The notes beneath the pieces were generated by a model. The model had not been told where the DNA came from. It made no database searches and saw only the letters and a program-made list of their open reading frames with translations. The translations under genes and the position numbers were made by a program. From positions 1 to 63,101 of the forward strand of contig CADBTQ010000061.1 of assembly GCA_902797685.1 (NCBI GenBank): DNA of 63,101 nucleotides. Reading direction: 5' to 3'. This document shows positions 27,102-36,963 of the stretch, in pieces (the stretch's first letter is position 1; each line of letters opens with the position of its first letter). This stretch comes from an uncultured Eubacteriales bacterium. Its GTDB lineage: Bacteria; Bacillota; Clostridia; Christensenellales; CAG-1252.

Positions 27102-27617
27102 TCACATCACCCTGCACACCCAGCACGCCAACACGCTGGAAAAGAAGGTCACCGCCAACGCCACGGGTAAGGCGTAGCGGAGTTTTTTGCCCTTCGCTCC
27201 CGCAAAATACACCGCCAACACGTAAAACACCGTTTCGCTGCCTCCCACCAACACCGAGGCGCACCGACCGACGTAACTATCCACCCCGTAACGGGCGTAA
27301 ATATCTTCCAACACAGCCAGAGACCCCGCTCCCGACAGGGGGCGAATGACGAAAAGGCGGGTCAAAGGGGACGGCACGCCCAAAGCGGTGAGGACGGGGG
27401 AAAGCATACTATCCAATCCGTCTCCCAACGGGCTTTGGTTGAGCAACACGATGCAGATAAAGATGCCCGCAAGGTAGGGGAAAATGCTTGCGATCAATTT
27501 GAGGGCTTTGGTCGCCCCCGTCACGAAGGCGTCGAACACGGGCACTTTTTTGAGCGCTCCCAACCCCAAAATCCCCAGTACGGCAAGGGGCAAAATATAA
27601 TCGGCGAGATTAGGCAC
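27102..27617 (-). CDS. spmB: spore maturation protein B (nucleoside-recognition/Gate domain)
   Basis: Membrane protein paired with spmA, 8-nt overlap. Confidence 0.75.
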   Translation of the reverse strand: MPNLADYILPLAVLGILGLGALKKVPVFDAFVTGATKALKLIASIFPYLAGIFICIVLLNQSPLGDGLDSMLSPVLTALGVPSPLTRLFVIRPLSGAGSLAVLEDIYARYGVDSYVGRCASVLVGGSETVFYVLAVYFAGAKGKKLRYALPVALAVTFFSSVLACWVCRVM

Positions 27618-28188
27618 GGCGAGCCCTCAACTTGCGGGAGACGGCGCGGCAAGCAAGGCACAATCCCACCCCGAAGAGGGCGCTTGCCACCGAACACACC
27701 AACGTGGGCAAAATGACGTCCCCCGCACTCATACTGCCCTCCGCCGCCCGCATGGATACCACGGTGGTGGGGACCAGTTGCACGGCGGTGATGTTGAGGA
27801 CGAAAAAGAGGATCATGTTGTCGCTGACCGCGTTTTTCTCCCCCGTCATACTTGCCATGGCGTCGATCCCCACGGGGGTCGCGGCACCCCCCAGCCCCAA
27901 GAAGTTGGCGGCGAGGTTTAGACCGATTAACGCGTGCGTTCTGGGACTTTCTCCCTTAAAAAGCCGGCCGAACACCTTGCCGAATAGTTTGGATAACTTG
28001 TCCTGTACGCCGCTTTGCTCCAACACTTCCATCAGCCCCACCCACAGTGCGTACACCGAGGTCAACTTGAGGGAAGTGTCCACTCCCTGCTTGGTGCCGC
28101 TAAGCAAAGTGGGCAGCACCGCCTGCGGATCGGAGAGGGTCAAAGACAACACGCCCAACCCAAACAAAATGACGAAGACGAGGTTCAT
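27610..28188 (-). CDS. spmA: spore maturation protein A
   Basis: Gate-domain membrane protein, ..SVYALWVGLMEVLEQSG... Confidence 0.75.
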   Translation of the reverse strand: MNLVFVILFGLGVLSLTLSDPQAVLPTLLSGTKQGVDTSLKLTSVYALWVGLMEVLEQSGVQDKLSKLFGKVFGRLFKGESPRTHALIGLNLAANFLGLGGAATPVGIDAMASMTGEKNAVSDNMILFFVLNITAVQLVPTTVVSMRAAEGSMSAGDVILPTLVCSVASALFGVGLCLACRAVSRKLRARRA

Positions 28189-28267
28189 ACCCTACCCTAT
28201 TCGGCAGCCCTTAGGATTATGCTTGCCAATAGCCAAAGTATGTTGTAAACTATTGGCGAGGTGCATT

Positions 28268-29386
28268 ATGGATAGATCTCAATTACTACTGACCCTACTC
28301 AAAGACAAGCCCGCCAAGTTGGTGTTCAGCCGCCCCGTCAAAGGCAAAGACAAGACGGTGGTGGTCAAGATGGAAGGGAGCAAGTTTCCCTACCAAGCCC
28401 AACGATACAGCGGTACGCAAGTTTTCCACACGTCGGTATTCGATCTGGAAGGCTTCGTCCAAAAGACCGCTCCCTACTACAAGGAGTTGCACGTGTTATC
28501 CGACTACGACCACTCCTTCTTGCTCAAAGACGGCGTCCCCGTGGGCTACCAAAAGGGCGGGGCATACTCAGGTGGCGCCACCACGCACAACCGCGTCAAA
28601 CCCTACATCATCAACGAGGGAGACGATCTACCCATCCTCGTCAAGTTGGGGATATTCACCCAAGATCGCAAAGTCGTGGCGTCCAAGCAGGACAAGTTCC
28701 GTCAGATCAACCGCTATATGGAAATGCTCCGCGACGTGCTGGCGGACGACCCCAAAGAGGAGCTGTACGCGGTGGACTTTGGGTGCGGCAAGAGCTACTT
28801 GACCTTTGCCGTCTACTATTACCTCACCAAAGTCCTTGGCAAAAAGGTGACTATGGTGGGAGTGGACCTCAAAGCGGACGTCATCGCCAAATGCAACGAG
28901 TGGGCGAAAGAGTTTGGCTACGAAGGGTTGAGTTTTGTGTGCCAAAACATCAAGGACTTTACCCCTGACCGCCATATCGACTTGGTGATCTCCCTGCACG
29001 CGTACGATATCGCCACCGACTACGTGCTGTACGGCGCGATCGTCAACCGTGCCGACGCCATCTTTGCGGTGCCTTGCTGTCAACATGAGGTCAACAAGCA
29101 ACTGGATCGCGACTTTTTGCCCCTGCTCACAAGGCAGGGGATCGTGCGGGAACGCTTGGCGGCGTTGCTCACCGATTCCATCCGCGCCGCCGTGTTGGAA
29201 CAAGAGGGCTACAAGGTGGATATGATGGAGTTTGTGGACTTGACCGACAGCCCCAAAAATATCCTTATCCGCGCCACCCGTACCAACCACTCCGCCGCGT
29301 ATCAGAGGCAAAAACGGCAAGAGATACAACAAACGCTTTCTCTTACCGGCGCCAAGCCGACCTTGATCAAATTGTTGGAAGAATAG
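28268..29386 (+). CDS. class I SAM-dependent methyltransferase
   Basis: AVDFGCGKSYLTF motif I. ATG at 28268 (MDRSQLLL..). The upstream part of the track ORF is antisense to spmA. Confidence 0.7.
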   Translation: MDRSQLLLTLLKDKPAKLVFSRPVKGKDKTVVVKMEGSKFPYQAQRYSGTQVFHTSVFDLEGFVQKTAPYYKELHVLSDYDHSFLLKDGVPVGYQKGGAYSGGATTHNRVKPYIINEGDDLPILVKLGIFTQDRKVVASKQDKFRQINRYMEMLRDVLADDPKEELYAVDFGCGKSYLTFAVYYYLTKVLGKKVTMVGVDLKADVIAKCNEWAKEFGYEGLSFVCQNIKDFTPDRHIDLVISLHAYDIATDYVLYGAIVNRADAIFAVPCCQHEVNKQLDRDFLPLLTRQGIVRERLAALLTDSIRAAVLEQEGYKVDMMEFVDLTDSPKNILIRATRTNHSAAYQRQKRQEIQQTLSLTGAKPTLIKLLEE

Positions 29387-29442
29387 TTTTTTGCAAAACC
29401 CCTCGCAATCGGTTATGCGCACGTGCATAATGAGTGTATAAC

Positions 29443-30010
29443 GTACGACAAGTTTTTACTATACAACGCTTTTGTTGAAACCCAAACTTGTTCGAAGACG
29501 AGTTTTACTTGTACAACGCTTTTGCGGAAAACCAACACTCGCTCGAACGTTTTTACTACACAACGCTTTTGCGGAGAAACAACGCTTGTTCGAAGACGAG
29601 TTTTTACCTAAGCTTTGCTTTTGCGGAGAAAAGCCAAGAGTGCGGTAATTCAAACGAACGAATCGAGGGGCAAGTGTATTAGACATACACGCGCCGAGTG
29701 GAGTTTAAGTACCAACGCTTGTTCGAAGACGCGTTTTTGCGCATAATCGGATGAGAGCGGAGTAATACCAACGAGAGAGCACAAACCCAATGTACTACTC
29801 GTACATGATTTGTGTGAACGAGCGGATTGCCCCAAGTGGAGTTTAAGTACCAGCACTCATTCGAAGACGAGTTTTACATATACAACGCTTTTGCGGAGAA
29901 AAGTCAAGAGTGCGGTAATTCAAACGAGCGAATCGAGGGGCAAGTGTATTAGACATACACGCGCCGAGTGAGTGAGCGGATTGCCGTAATATTGGCTTTT
30001 CTCCGCAAAA
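29443..30010. repeat. non-coding repeat field with ~49-nt tandem units plus an 84-nt duplication
   Basis: GTTTT(T)AC anchors at 29452, 29502, 29549, 29600 and 29871. Positions 29617-29700 and 29887-29970 differ at 2 positions. Confidence 0.85.
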
Positions 30011-30016
30011 GAACGT

Positions 30017-30052
30017 AACAAAAATCCGACCGAGCAAACCTCGGTCGGATTT
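30017..30052 (-). terminator. intrinsic terminator of rplL
   Basis: aaatccgaccgag..ctcggtcggattt stem with a T-run on the minus strand. Confidence 0.85.
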
Positions 30053-30068
30053 GTTTGTTGTACTACAA

Positions 30069-30443
30069 TTACTTGATTTCGATCTCGGCACCGGCAGCCT
30101 TCAAAGCCTCAGCAACCTTGTCAGCCTCGTCCTTAGCCACGTTCTCTTTGATAGCTTTGGGAGCGCCGTCGACCAACGCTTTGGCTTCCGCCAAACCCAA
30201 ACCGGTCAATTCACGCACGGTCTTGATGACTTGCAGTTTGCTAGCACCGGCACCCTTGAGCACCACGGTGAACTCGGTCTTTTCCTCTTGAGCGGGAGCA
30301 GCACCGGCAGCGGGAGCAGCAGCGACAGCCACGGGAGCGGCAGCGCTCACGCCGAATTCCTCTTCCAAAGCCTTCACGAGGTTGTTGAGCTCGAGAACGG
30401 TCATACCTTTGATAGTTTCGATAATGTTGTTGATATCAGCCAT
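30069..30443 (-). CDS. rplL: 50S ribosomal protein L7/L12
   Basis: [32 protein letters not shown]... GGAGGA RBS supports the ATG at 30443. Confidence 0.95.
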   Translation of the reverse strand: MADINNIIETIKGMTVLELNNLVKALEEEFGVSAAAPVAVAAAPAAGAAPAQEEKTEFTVVLKGAGASKLQVIKTVRELTGLGLAEAKALVDGAPKAIKENVAKDEADKVAEALKAAGAEIEIK

Positions 30444-30505
30444 TTTTGTATCCTCCAAATATTTTCTAATTAGTTGAGTGCAACCTTACGTTGCCAATGT
30501 GTTGT

Positions 30506-31045
30506 TTACGCTTCCTGTTTGTCAGCGATCGCCTTGAGGGCGATAGCCAAACCGCCGATAGTACCGTTGAGCACGCGCACGAACCCGGTGATGGGGGCTT
30601 GCAACATACCCAGTACTTTGGCGACCAAGATCTCCTTGGGAGGAAGATCCGCCAGTTCTTTCACGCCGTCTGCCGAGATAGCGACCTTGTCGACCATACC
30701 GCTCTTGATTTCGATCTTGCCGAATTTGCCGACGTATTCGTTGAGGATCTTAGCGGGAGCCACAGCGTCGGCGTGACCAAACGCCAAAGCGGTGGGGCCT
30801 TCCAGATCCTTGTCAAACTCGGTGTAGCCAAGCTCGTTGAACGCGATGCGGACCAAACGGTTTTTGAGCACCTTGTATTCAACGCCGGCTTCACGCAGTT
30901 TTGCACGCAATTCGGTGTCTTGGGCGGCGGTCAGTCCTTGGTAGCTCATCAACACAACGGATTGGGCGCCTTGGATCTTATCTTTGATCTCGTCAATGAT
31001 CTCTCTCTTTGCGCTCAAAATGCTTTCCGATGCTTTCGATGCCAT
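30506..31045 (-). CDS. rplJ: 50S ribosomal protein L10
   Basis: Sequence and its position upstream of rplL. Confidence 0.93.
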   Translation of the reverse strand: MASKASESILSAKREIIDEIKDKIQGAQSVVLMSYQGLTAAQDTELRAKLREAGVEYKVLKNRLVRIAFNELGYTEFDKDLEGPTALAFGHADAVAPAKILNEYVGKFGKIEIKSGMVDKVAISADGVKELADLPPKEILVAKVLGMLQAPITGFVRVLNGTIGGLAIALKAIADKQEA

Positions 31046-31256
31046 TTCCTAACCTCCTGTGATATTCCACTTACGTGGTAATAAATAATCCTCTTGCCCA
31101 ACAAAGACAAGAGGATACCAAATACTTACATTATGATGTCGTATTCACCTCGGTAAGCGGATTTTGAGACCCTAAGGTCGCTTACTGTCTTTGTATGAAC
31201 GAACTTATTGTAAAGCCAAACGGTCGGATTGTCAACCGTTTGGCACAACAATTTTG
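31046..31256 (-). promoter_or_regulatory. rplJ 5' leader region (possible L10-leader autoregulatory RNA)
   Basis: 211-nt non-coding gap between rplA and rplJ, with a hairpin gccaaacggt..accgtttggc near rplA. Structure not verified. Confidence 0.35.
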
Positions 31257-31943
31257 TTACTTATTATAAGCAACTTTGATGCCGGGGCCCATCGTGGAGC
31301 TGACGGCGATACTCTTGAGGTAAACGCCCTTAGCGGCGGCGGGTTTGGCTTTGACGATAGCGTCCATGACGGTCTCGAAGTTCTCTTGGAGTTTGTCCGC
31401 GCCGAAACTCACTTTGCCGAAGGGCACGTGAATGATGGCGGCTTTGTCCAATCTGTACTCCACTTTACCGGCTTTGATATCATGGATGGCTTTGGTGATG
31501 TCTTGGGTAACGGTACCGCTCTTGGGGTTGGGCATCAAGCCTTTGGGACCAAGCAAACGGGCGATACGGCCGACCAAGCCCATCATGTCGGGAGTGGTGA
31601 TACAGGCGTCAAAATCAAACCAGTTTTCCTTTTGGATCTTGGCGATCAATTCCTCGGCGCCCACGTAGTCCGCACCGGCGGCTTGGGCTTCGTCAGCCTT
31701 GGCGCCTTTGGCGAACACCAACACGCGCACCTTTTTACCGGTACCGTGAGGCAACACGCACACACCACGAACTTGTTGATCGGCGTGACGGGGGTCGACG
31801 CCCAATCTGACGTGCAACTCCAAGGACTCGTCAAACTTGGCGGTAGCGGTCTCCACAGCCAATTTGATGCCCTCGGCGTAGTCGTACAATTTGCCGTTTT
31901 CGACTTTGGCGGAAGCTTCGTTAAATCTCTTACTCGTTTTCAT
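31257..31943 (-). CDS. rplA: 50S ribosomal protein L1
   Basis: Sequence and synteny. Confidence 0.95.
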   Translation of the reverse strand: MKTSKRFNEASAKVENGKLYDYAEGIKLAVETATAKFDESLELHVRLGVDPRHADQQVRGVCVLPHGTGKKVRVLVFAKGAKADEAQAAGADYVGAEELIAKIQKENWFDFDACITTPDMMGLVGRIARLLGPKGLMPNPKSGTVTQDITKAIHDIKAGKVEYRLDKAAIIHVPFGKVSFGADKLQENFETVMDAIVKAKPAAAKGVYLKSIAVSSTMGPGIKVAYNK

Positions 31944-31956
31944 CTCTACTTCCTCC

Positions 31957-32382
31957 TTAGTCCACGACGACGATGCCCATCGAGCGGGCGGTACCGGCGA
32001 TCATGCTGCAAGCAGCTTCCAAACTACCGGCATTGAGGTCTTGCAACTTCATCTTGGCGATCTCTTCGACTTGCGCTTTGGTGATGTTGGCAACTTTGAC
32101 CTTGTTGGGGGTGGAAGAACCCTTTTCGATGCCGCAAGCCTTCAAGATCAGCACGGGCGCGGGAGGGGTCTTCAAAACGAACGAGAAGGTGCGGTCGGCG
32201 TAAATGGTCATCACCACAGGGATCACCAAGCCGGCGTTTTTGGCGGTTTTCTCGTTGAATTCCTTGACGAATGCAGGAATGTTGATGCCGTGGGGGCCAA
32301 GGGTCGAACCTACGGGTGGACCAGCAGTGGCTTTACCGGCAGCAAGTTGCAATTTGACGATTGCTTTTACTTTCTTTGCCAT
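31957..32382 (-). CDS. rplK: 50S ribosomal protein L11
   Basis: [25 protein letters not shown]... AGGAGG RBS supports the ATG at 32382. Confidence 0.95.
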   Translation of the reverse strand: MAKKVKAIVKLQLAAGKATAGPPVGSTLGPHGINIPAFVKEFNEKTAKNAGLVIPVVMTIYADRTFSFVLKTPPAPVLILKACGIEKGSSTPNKVKVANITKAQVEEIAKMKLQDLNAGSLEAACSMIAGTARSMGIVVVD

Positions 32383-32473
32383 AGTATTTCCTCCTAGCAA
32401 ATCATGGTACAAACGAGGGACATTGGATAGATTTTATCCCTCTCCCAAGCGTCAAAAGACGCATATTGTTGAA

Positions 32474-33004
32474 TTAGGCGCGTTCGATCTGGTTGAACTC
32501 CAACTTGATGGGAGTGGGCTTACCGAACATCTGCAACACGACCTCGGCGACGCCTGCGTCGGTATCGATCTTGCTGACTTCGCCATAGTACCCCTCGAAG
32601 GCGCCCGCGATGATGCGGACTTGCTCGCCCTCGCTGATACCCAAGTCCTCTACCTTGATCTTTTCCAACCCCATGCGACGGATCTCGTCTTGGGTCAAGG
32701 GTTCGGGTCTACCGCCGGCACCCACAAAGCCCGTAACGCCACGAATGGAAGTGACTTTGTAGTAGACGTGATCCGAATAGATCATCTTGATAAAGGCGTA
32801 GGTGGGGAACTTCTTCTTCATCACCACTTTACGCTTGCCCGAAGGGGTCTCCACGACTTCCTCTTCCTCCAAGACTTTGACGTCGAAGATCTGGTCTTGC
32901 AGACCGTTGTTTTCGACCATCTTGAGGATGTTGTCGCGCACGACCGCCTCGCGCTGAGAACTGGTGTGAATGATATACCAGCACACTTCTTTCTTCCCTT
33001 CCAT
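32474..33004 (-). CDS. nusG: transcription termination/antitermination factor NusG
   Basis: NGN domain plus KOW (GEQVRIIAGAFEGYYGEV), and synteny. Confidence 0.93.
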   Translation of the reverse strand: MEGKKEVCWYIIHTSSQREAVVRDNILKMVENNGLQDQIFDVKVLEEEEVVETPSGKRKVVMKKKFPTYAFIKMIYSDHVYYKVTSIRGVTGFVGAGGRPEPLTQDEIRRMGLEKIKVEDLGISEGEQVRIIAGAFEGYYGEVSKIDTDAGVAEVVLQMFGKPTPIKLEFNQIERA

Positions 33005-33012
33005 GATGCCTC

Positions 33013-33270
33013 CTAAGCTCGCACCAACAGACGGAACAAGGCGTTGAGACCGATATCAAACGCTCCCAACACCACAAGGAAGAACAGCACAACCACGAGC
33101 ACCACGCCCGTTTGCGCCATCACCTTGCCAAAAGTGGGCCAAGTCACCTTTTTGAGTTCGGAAACGATCGCCTTGCAGCCGTCGCCGATCTTTTTGAAGA
33201 ACGCGACGAACTTGTTGGGCTTGTTGATCTCCTTACTCTTGTTGTTGTTTTGGTTATCTTTCTTAGCCAT
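33013..33270 (-). CDS. secE: preprotein translocase subunit SecE
   Basis: ..KKVTWPTFGKVMAQT.. plus a single TM helix, and synteny. Confidence 0.88.
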   Translation of the reverse strand: MAKKDNQNNNKSKEINKPNKFVAFFKKIGDGCKAIVSELKKVTWPTFGKVMAQTGVVLVVVLFFLVVLGAFDIGLNALFRLLVRA

Positions 33271-33281
33271 AAAGCCTCCGA

Positions 33282-33446
33282 TTACTTAGCTTCCTTGTGA
33301 AGGGTGTGCTTTCTGCAGAAAGGACAATATTTGGAAAACTCGAGCCTGTCGGGAGAGTTTTTCTTATTCTTTTTGGTGTTGTAATTGCGTTGTTTGCACT
33401 CGCTGCACGCCAACGTAATTCTAGCCCTAGCCTCTTTCGCTGCCAT
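33282..33446 (-). CDS. rpmG: 50S ribosomal protein L33 (not in the ORF track)
   Basis: Hand translation gives [63 protein letters not shown]. Confidence 0.93.
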   Translation of the reverse strand: MAAKEARARITLACSECKQRNYNTKKNKKNSPDRLEFSKYCPFCRKHTLHKEAK

Positions 33447-33493
33447 ATTCAAAACTCCTTGAAAAAATTACACCCCGCTTTGAGGTGCATAAC

Positions 33494-33522
33494 AACTATA
33501 TCATCTTTGGTGGGTCTTGTCA
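33494..33522 (-). promoter_or_regulatory. sigma-A promoter for rpmG-secE-nusG
   Basis: Minus strand: TTGACA, 17-nt spacer, TATAGT. Confidence 0.6.
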
Positions 33523-33652
33523 ACAAAATACGGCAAAATGCTAAAACTTTTTTATATATAATATAAAGGCGTCGCTTTGGCAACGATTTCGACGGGGAAC
33601 CCCCACGCAAACTACCGCATACGCTTCCTTAATGGGTACGCCATCAAAAAGT

Positions 33653-33682
33653 TACGCCCTCGGCAAGAGCCGAAGGCGTAAT
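33653..33682 (-). terminator. hairpin terminator after the 33695..34507 gene
   Basis: acgccttcggc-tctt-gccgagggcgt on the minus strand, followed by a T-rich tract. Confidence 0.6.
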
Positions 33683-33694
33683 ACTCTTTGTCGT

Positions 33695-34507
33695 TTAGCG
33701 TTTTTGGTCTTTGATCTCGATGAGTCTTGCGCCGAATTGCTGCACGAAGCGATCCAATTCCCTCTTTTTGCCGGGCATCGCCCAAATGACGGTGTTGAAT
33801 TGGTCCCCGCGGGCAGCGCCTTGGTTGCGGATGGACACCGCTTGTTCCAGACTATCGGTGATGATGTTGACCACAAAGCGCATCCTGCCGCACTTGCAAA
33901 GCATAGCGAGGGCGATGATACCGAACACGATACCCAACCCCAAAGCGATCCAGTTGATCCAGTCGTAAGACTCCAACAGCGCTTGATACGGGGGGATGAG
34001 ATCGGGCTTGACGAACAGCACGATACACGCCGCGCACAGCGCCAAAAAGACGGCGCCGAAGATGAGTTTGCCCCAGCGGATGTCGCTCGCTTTGACTGCG
34101 CTGATCCCTTGCACCCTATCGATGGGGAGATCGGCGCGGGTGTAGGTGTCAAACAGCAACCTGCGATTGGTCATATACACCTTGCCCCCGCTGATAAACG
34201 AGTAGGTGTCGCACACCTCCTCTCCGTCGGCGAGCAAAAAGCCTCCCGCCATACCGCCTTGAGGCGCTTCCGCCCTCTCTTTGCGAGGTTTGGGCTCCTT
34301 CTTGGGCTTGGGCTCTTTTTCCTTGACCGGTTGGGGCTCCTCCTCCCGTTGGGGCGCCGCGTCCTCTTGGGGCGCGGGTTCCTCTTGGGGCGCGGGTTCC
34401 GCTTCGGGAAGGGGATCTTCCCTCAAAGGCTCTTGAGGCGCTTCGGGGGCGGGGTTTTCGGCGATGGGCTCCACGTCCAACAATTCTTCCATATCCAAAT
34501 TATCCAT
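33695..34507 (-). CDS. membrane protein with Pro/Glu-rich N-terminus and bacterial PH-like domain
   Basis: About 90 aa of P/E/K-rich low complexity, then ..GKVYMTNRRLLF.. and two TM helices. Confidence 0.5.
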   Translation of the reverse strand: MDNLDMEELLDVEPIAENPAPEAPQEPLREDPLPEAEPAPQEEPAPQEDAAPQREEEPQPVKEKEPKPKKEPKPRKERAEAPQGGMAGGFLLADGEEVCDTYSFISGGKVYMTNRRLLFDTYTRADLPIDRVQGISAVKASDIRWGKLIFGAVFLALCAACIVLFVKPDLIPPYQALLESYDWINWIALGLGIVFGIIALAMLCKCGRMRFVVNIITDSLEQAVSIRNQGAARGDQFNTVIWAMPGKKRELDRFVQQFGARLIEIKDQKR

Positions 34508-34570
34508 ACTATTCTCCTTTGGAGGGTTACTCCTATATTGTGCGTTTGGGGGTCGTACGGCTATGATGTT

Positions 34571-36313
34571 TTATCCCAAAAAGATCTTGCTGAGCGCTTG
34601 GATCAGCACCTCGGCTTTGGCGTTGGCGGCGTCTTTGGAGTCGCCTTTGGCGGACACGTACACCTTGAGTTTGGGCTCGGTACCCGAGGGACGAGCACAC
34701 ACCCAATCGCCCGAAGAGAGGGCGTAGTACATCACTTGGCTCTTTGGCAGCGTAATGGGCTCCTCGCGTCCGTCCGCATAACGGCGGATGCGCGCGTTGT
34801 AGTTGTCGGTATAAGCCACCTCGATACCCGCCAAAGAATCGATGGTCGTCGCTTCCAACTTAGCCATCTTGTCCGCCATATCCTTCATGCCGCTAAGCCC
34901 CGGGAACACAGTGGACTGGCTCTTTTCCACGTAATAACCGTGTTTGGCAAACAACTGTTGCAGGCGTTGATAGACGGATACGCCTTGATCCTTGTAGTAG
35001 CACACCATCTCGGCAAACAACATGGCGCTGACTACCGCGTCTTTGTCCTTGGCATGGGTGCCCGACAGGTATCCGTAGGATTCCTCGTAACCGAACATAA
35101 AGGTATGTTCGTGGGTGACCGCCCAGGTGTTGATCTTTTCGCCGATGAACTTAAACCCGGTCAACACGTCCATGCACTCCACCCCGTACGAGGCGGCGAT
35201 GGCTTTGGCAAGCGAGGTAGTCACGATGGTCTTGACCACGGCAGCGTTGGAGGGAAGATCGCCCCGCTCGGTATGCCGCAACAGGATGTAGTCCATCAAC
35301 AGCGCGCCGATCTGATTGCCGTTGAGCAAAGTAAACTCCCCTTTGTCGTCTCTGACCGCCACACCCATACGGTCGGCGTCGGGGTCGGTGCCGATCACCA
35401 CGTCGCTGCCCAGCTCGTTGGCGAGCGCCACGCCCATGGAGAGGGCTTCGGGTTGCTCGGGATTGGGCACTTTGACCGTGCTGAACTCGGTGTCGGGCTT
35501 GGCTTGCTCGGGCACCACGTCAAAGGGAATGTGCATGCGGGACAAAATAGTCGTCACGGGGATAGCGCCCGTGCCGTGAATGGGCGTGTACACGATCCTG
35601 AGGTTTTTGCCTTGTCTCGCCACCGCTTCGGGAGAGAGGGACAACTTTTCGATACGGGCGAAATACGCCTCGTCGATCTGTTTGCCCACCACCGTGATAT
35701 GCTCGCTGATGGGGACGTTGTCAAGTCCCATCACCTCTTGGCGAGAGGAGACGTTGATCTCCTCTTGAGGGATGCCGAAGTAGTCAAGCCCCTCGATGAA
35801 CTCCACCACTTTGGCGGTGTGCTCGGGGCTCATTTGCGCGCCGTCCGCGCCGTAGACCTTGTAGCCGTTGTACTCCTTGGGATTGTGACTGGCGGTGATC
35901 ATGATGCCCGCGATCGCCTTAAGATATCCCACCGCAAACGAGCAGAAGGGCACGGGGCGCACGTTTTCAAATAGGAACGCGCGCACGCCCGCGGCGCCCA
36001 ACACGCGCGCGGCGGTCAGGGCGAATTCGTAGGACATACGGCGAGTGTCGTAAGAGATCAACACGCCCGCCTGCTTGGCGTCCTCGCCCAAGGTCTCGAT
36101 CCAGTTGGCAAGCCCTTTGGTGGCGCGAGCGACGGTATAAACGTTCATGCGGAAAGTACCCATGCCGATGGTGCCGCGCATACCTGCGGTACCGAATGCC
36201 AAAGGCAAACTAAAGCGATCGGCGATCTCGGCGTCGTCTATTCCTTCCAGTTCCGCCCGCTCGGACGGGGAGACGTGTTGTTTCCAATACTCATAAGCGG
36301 CGATATAATCCAT
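34571..36313 (-). CDS. pgcA: phosphoglucomutase/phosphomannomutase (PgcA type, 580 aa)
   Basis: TASHNPKEYNGYKVY phosphoserine loop and GTDPDADR Mg site. Confidence 0.9.
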   Translation of the reverse strand: MDYIAAYEYWKQHVSPSERAELEGIDDAEIADRFSLPLAFGTAGMRGTIGMGTFRMNVYTVARATKGLANWIETLGEDAKQAGVLISYDTRRMSYEFALTAARVLGAAGVRAFLFENVRPVPFCSFAVGYLKAIAGIMITASHNPKEYNGYKVYGADGAQMSPEHTAKVVEFIEGLDYFGIPQEEINVSSRQEVMGLDNVPISEHITVVGKQIDEAYFARIEKLSLSPEAVARQGKNLRIVYTPIHGTGAIPVTTILSRMHIPFDVVPEQAKPDTEFSTVKVPNPEQPEALSMGVALANELGSDVVIGTDPDADRMGVAVRDDKGEFTLLNGNQIGALLMDYILLRHTERGDLPSNAAVVKTIVTTSLAKAIAASYGVECMDVLTGFKFIGEKINTWAVTHEHTFMFGYEESYGYLSGTHAKDKDAVVSAMLFAEMVCYYKDQGVSVYQRLQQLFAKHGYYVEKSQSTVFPGLSGMKDMADKMAKLEATTIDSLAGIEVAYTDNYNARIRRYADGREEPITLPKSQVMYYALSSGDWVCARPSGTEPKLKVYVSAKGDSKDAANAKAEVLIQALSKIFLG

Positions 36314-36424
36314 AATATCCTCCTATCCTTTTTATTATATCAAAATCGCTTACCCTTTTTCAAGGGCTAATGCAAAATTGCCCGCAAATTCGCATACGAT
36401 TTGCGCACCCCTATCCGCCCGCGC

Positions 36425-36453
36425 TTGCTTTTGGCGTGGCTTCGTGCTATAAT
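36425..36453 (+). promoter_or_regulatory. promoter of trmL
   Basis: TTGCTT, 17-nt spacer, TGcTATAAT, 17 nt before the ATG region. Confidence 0.5.
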
Positions 36454-36470
36454 GGCGCGAGAGGTAAAGT

Positions 36471-36959
36471 ATGAATATCGTTTTGTTAGAACCCGAGATC
36501 CCCCAAAATACCGGCAATATATCCCGCACTTGCGCCGCAACGGGCGCCACTTTGCACCTGATCAAGCCCTTGGGCTTTTCGTTAGACGAAAAGTCGCTCA
36601 AGAGGGCGGGGTTGGACTATTGGGACAAACTCGACCTCAAAGTATGGGAAAATTGGGAAGACTTTATCTCCCACAACGAGGGCGCACACCTTTGGTTTGC
36701 TTCCACCAAATCCGCCAAATGCTACTCGGACGTGACCTACGGCAAGGACGACTACTTGGTATTCGGCAAGGAGACGAGGGGCTTGCCCGAGCCCTTGCTC
36801 AAAGCCAATTACGACCGCTGCGTGCGGATCCCCATGCGCCCCACCTTGCGCTCTCTCAATCTCTCCAACTCGGTGGCGATCGTGCTGTACGAAGCCTTGC
36901 GCCAACAATCTTTCGAGGGATTGCAAGAGGAAGGACAACTGACGGGAAGAGAAGATTGA
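36471..36959 (+). CDS. trmL: tRNA (cytidine/uridine(34)-2'-O)-methyltransferase
   Basis: MNIVLLEPEIPQNTGNISRTCAATGATLHLIKPLGF.. is a SpoU/TrmL signature. Confidence 0.9.
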   Translation: MNIVLLEPEIPQNTGNISRTCAATGATLHLIKPLGFSLDEKSLKRAGLDYWDKLDLKVWENWEDFISHNEGAHLWFASTKSAKCYSDVTYGKDDYLVFGKETRGLPEPLLKANYDRCVRIPMRPTLRSLNLSNSVAIVLYEALRQQSFEGLQEEGQLTGRED

Positions 36960-36963
36960 TTTT

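Noticed and set aside
27632-28267. N-terminal extension of the methyltransferase ORF (track 27632..29386)
   Set aside because: It is antisense to spmA and has no family similarity. The ATG at 28268 begins the conserved sequence in the divergent intergenic region.
29443-30010. Possible CRISPR array (regularly spaced short repeats)
   Set aside because: Units are about 49 nt with degenerate, contiguous repeats and no unique spacers of uniform length. Larger 84-nt duplications are interleaved, and no cas genes are in the window.
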